The translations under genes and the position numbers were made by a program. A DNA stretch of 64,000 nt from an uncultured Rivularia sp. Lineage in GTDB: Bacteria; Cyanobacteriota; Cyanobacteriia; Cyanobacteriales; Nostocaceae. The notes below the pieces were generated by a model. The model worked only from the letters and a program-made list of their open reading frames with translations. It had not been told where the DNA came from and did no database searches. The first letter of the stretch is position 1; every line of letters begins with the position of its first letter. Shown piece by piece: positions 61,572 through 64,000 of the stretch. Location of the stretch: positions 7,936,001-8,000,000 of the forward strand of contig OY762007.1 in assembly GCA_963665115.1 (NCBI GenBank), in the 5' to 3' direction.

Positions 61572-61699
61572 CCTTATCAAGGAGAGGGATTGAGGGTGAG
61601 GTTGAGTCGATTGAGTGAGCTTTTATCTTATATTTAATTAGGTTTCCCAATTACCCATTACCAATTCCCCATGCCCTATGCCCAATTCCCAATTCCAAT

Positions 61700-62917
61700 T
61701 TAAACAGATAACAACCTTACTGCTTCTCCAAAGGGAAACTCTTCTAAAGCCAAACCACCAGGAGTAACTACCCATAAAACTGGTAATTCCGGTGCTGTAT
61801 CCGGGAAAGTACCATAACCATCTGTTAAATAAACGCATACCCCCGCTTGATGTCCGTCCCATCTTTGAGCAACTTTATCAAAGAAAGGTACAAACGATGT
61901 ACCGCCGCCACCTTGGGGTTTTGGCGGCATCGAATCGGCATTGATTTCATAAGGGCCGTAAACTTCGGCATCAACGTAATAAAAATCACATTCAATATGA
62001 GGGTAAGAACTTAAAATACCCTGCACTTCCGAGAAAAATAAACCCAGTAACTTTGTATCGATTGAGCCGCTGGTATCCAAAGCCAAATAAACGCGAATCG
62101 ATTCCCCCTGCAAACTTTCCAGATACAGCCCGCGCCCAACAAAGCGGCGATCGAATCCAGAAAAATCAGTAGGGGTTTGGACTAAATATCGCCAAAGGTA
62201 AGAGCGCCAATCAATTTGAGCGGAATCTAAAGTTCCTAACTCTCGTTCTATTCCCCCTCCCAAACTACCTTTATTTTGCGTGCGAGCTACAGTAGCGGCT
62301 TGCTGCATCGCATTACGCCAATGCGCTTCCATTGCCGCTTTTTTGGCTTGAGACATACTATCGCCAGTTTGAGAAGTTGGTGAATTTGGACCTTTTCCTT
62401 CCTTATCTTCCCCCTCCTGACTTTCTCCAATACTTCCTTCTTGTTCGGAACCTCCAGCATCTTCTGGTGGGCTATCAAGTAAATCGGGGTTGGTTAATTC
62501 TGGTGCATTATCGGCATCTTGAAGCAATATTTCGTAGACTTCTTCCACGCTTAAATGTTCTAAATTAACTTCTCTCAAAGTTCCTTCAGGCAATTCAAAA
62601 CCGTGAGCCGCAATCATGCCGTTGATCGCAATATCGGCCGCAATATTCCACAACTGAGCATCCCGCACACCCCGACGCGGTACGTGAAGCAGCGCCGCGT
62701 GTAAAACTTCGTGTAGCAACACGCCATCAAGTTGTTTTGCAGGTAAAGATAATAAAAATTCAACATTATAGAAAATATCTTTACCATCAGTAGCAGCAGT
62801 TGGCAATTTTTCCGTAGGAACAAAACGAGCAAACATCGCTAAAGTTGCAAAAAAAGGCGATTTTGTTTGCAAGCGCAACAAAGACGCGCTGATAGTTTTT
62901 TGAATATCTTCAGTCAT
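61700..62917 (-). CDS. DUF2201-type putative metallopeptidase + vWA domain protein
   Basis: TAATDG, HEVLH, WNIAAD.AIN, acidic linker, DTSGS MIDAS, GGGGT.F, LTDGYG. Confidence 0.85.
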   Translation of the reverse strand: MTEDIQKTISASLLRLQTKSPFFATLAMFARFVPTEKLPTAATDGKDIFYNVEFLLSLPAKQLDGVLLHEVLHAALLHVPRRGVRDAQLWNIAADIAINGMIAAHGFELPEGTLREVNLEHLSVEEVYEILLQDADNAPELTNPDLLDSPPEDAGGSEQEGSIGESQEGEDKEGKGPNSPTSQTGDSMSQAKKAAMEAHWRNAMQQAATVARTQNKGSLGGGIERELGTLDSAQIDWRSYLWRYLVQTPTDFSGFDRRFVGRGLYLESLQGESIRVYLALDTSGSIDTKLLGLFFSEVQGILSSYPHIECDFYYVDAEVYGPYEINADSMPPKPQGGGGTSFVPFFDKVAQRWDGHQAGVCVYLTDGYGTFPDTAPELPVLWVVTPGGLALEEFPFGEAVRLLSV

Positions 62918-63016
62918 GATAAAGAGTTAGGAGTTATGAGTTAATAATTGTAGAGACGTAGCAATGCTACGTCTGTTATTAAGTTAAGAGTTAGGATTTT
63001 TACACCTTTAACCTTT

Positions 63017-64000
63017 TTACGGTTTCTGCGATTCGAGATAATCTTGTAATAATTTCTTGAATTCGGGTTCTTTACTTAATAAATTAGCTAAGACTCCTCG
63101 CTTACCTTTACTTTCCATAGTTCGCGATAAGTCAACTGCAAAAAGTCTTACCCATTCGTTTGCTGCAACTTGATTTAGCCAGTTGAAAGCGTTGAGTGCT
63201 TGGTTGGCATTGTCGGCGCGTACTGTTAATCCAATTACCGTTGCATATCTAGCGCTGGGTTCTTTAGGAAATTGAATACTTTCGCCTTTTCCTTCTAAGA
63301 TGGCAATCAGATTAGGTAGATTATCGTACATTGAAATGTAAGAATTAAACTCAGTTCCAGCAGCGCTTCCTACTGCTGAATTAATGTCTAATCCGGCAAA
63401 ATGTAACGCACTTGCCATTACCCAGGAACGAGGAGAAGGCCAAGCTGGTTGTTGGGGGTCGATTTTGTGTAATAAAGTGGTGCGGAAGGAGAGAAAAGCA
63501 ATTATCTGCTCGTGTATACCTTTGTCTAAGGCATAAGCTTTGAAGCTTTCAAAATCTGGCTGTACTTCCAGATGCAAAAACCTATTTGCTAAAGGCGAAG
63601 GCATATCAAATACGGCTGCGCGGTCTTCTTTGCGGTTTCCTGCTGCCCATACAAACCAACCATCTGGTACTTCGTAGGAGCCTACGCAGCGGTCTAAAAT
63701 CAACTGTTGTGCAACTCCCTGCATTGCCGGAGGAGCCATATTCAACTCATCAAGGAACAATATACCTTTACCCTTACGAGGTAGAAATTCCGGCGGAAAC
63801 CATTTAGAAATACCATTCTCAGCAACAGGCAAACCTCGCAAATCTGTAGGTGCCAATTGAGACAAGCGAACATCAACAAAATCAATATCGCATTCCCGCG
63901 CTAACTGACCAACAATACTAGATTTACCAATACCGGGAGGTCCCCAAATCATCGTACTGATTTGAATATTATTACTTAGAATCTGGTCTAAAAATACTTT
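63017..64000 (-). CDS. MoxR-like AAA+ ATPase (5' end beyond the window)
   Basis: WGPPGIGKS, LFLDELN, AAGNR, LANRF. The frame stays open (KVFLDQILSNNIQISTM) to position 64000. Confidence 0.9.
   Translation of the reverse strand, partial: KVFLDQILSNNIQISTMIWGPPGIGKSSIVGQLARECDIDFVDVRLSQLAPTDLRGLPVAENGISKWFPPEFLPRKGKGILFLDELNMAPPAMQGVAQQLILDRCVGSYEVPDGWFVWAAGNRKEDRAAVFDMPSPLANRFLHLEVQPDFESFKAYALDKGIHEQIIAFLSFRTTLLHKIDPQQPAWPSPRSWVMASALHFAGLDINSAVGSAAGTEFNSYISMYDNLPNLIAILEGKGESIQFPKEPSARYATVIGLTVRADNANQALNAFNWLNQVAANEWVRLFAVDLSRTMESKGKRGVLANLLSKEPEFKKLLQDYLESQKP

Noticed and set aside
26489..62974. Palindromic 25-nt repeats as a CRISPR array
   Set aside because: Copies are dispersed over 36 kb rather than regularly spaced, and there are no cas genes.
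2144..63807. Numerous 60-150-aa ORFs antisense to or overlapping long genes, and ORFs made of heptamer repeats (e.g. 25389-25679, 46951-47202)
   Set aside because: Shadow ORFs with no motifs, explained by the opposite-strand gene or by repeats.

Overview
AT-rich chromosomal segment from a filamentous, probably heterocystous (Nostocales-like) cyanobacterium. This is supported by many HIP1 octamers (GCGATCGC), heptamer tandem repeats in most intergenic spaces, and a beta-carboxysome/CO2-uptake locus (cupB-ndhD4-ndhF4 divergent from ccmK2-K1-L-M-N-O, followed by a CmpR-like LysR regulator). Housekeeping genes include ackA, sbcC, uvrA (with a LexA box), rpoZ and an MscS channel. Accessory and defence content: a mosaic hotspot at 16.2-19.8 kb (HindVP-type restriction enzyme stub, GFA gene, decayed toxin-antitoxin pair, an apparent antitoxin-nucleotidyltransferase fusion bracketed by a 56-bp direct repeat, DUF262-HNH gene), a Septu/PtuAB-like ATPase+HNH pair, a Dam+DpnII-type R-M pair and a MoxR-like ATPase+DUF2201/vWA pair. 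A tnpB-only IS200/IS605 element splits a conserved gene, and its ends can be resolved to the base (TTAC target, TCAA right end, IS608-like guide tetramers). Five +1 frameshifts in short homopolymers are probably sequencing errors. There are many REP-like and MITE-like elements, including nested and in-frame coding insertions. The best candidates for something undescribed are the repeat-flanked MenA/MenT-like fusion and a Zn-ribbon + tandem-domain two-gene operon at 2.7-4.05 kb. No rRNA, tRNA or CRISPR array was seen. All family assignments come from motif recognition by eye, not database searches.
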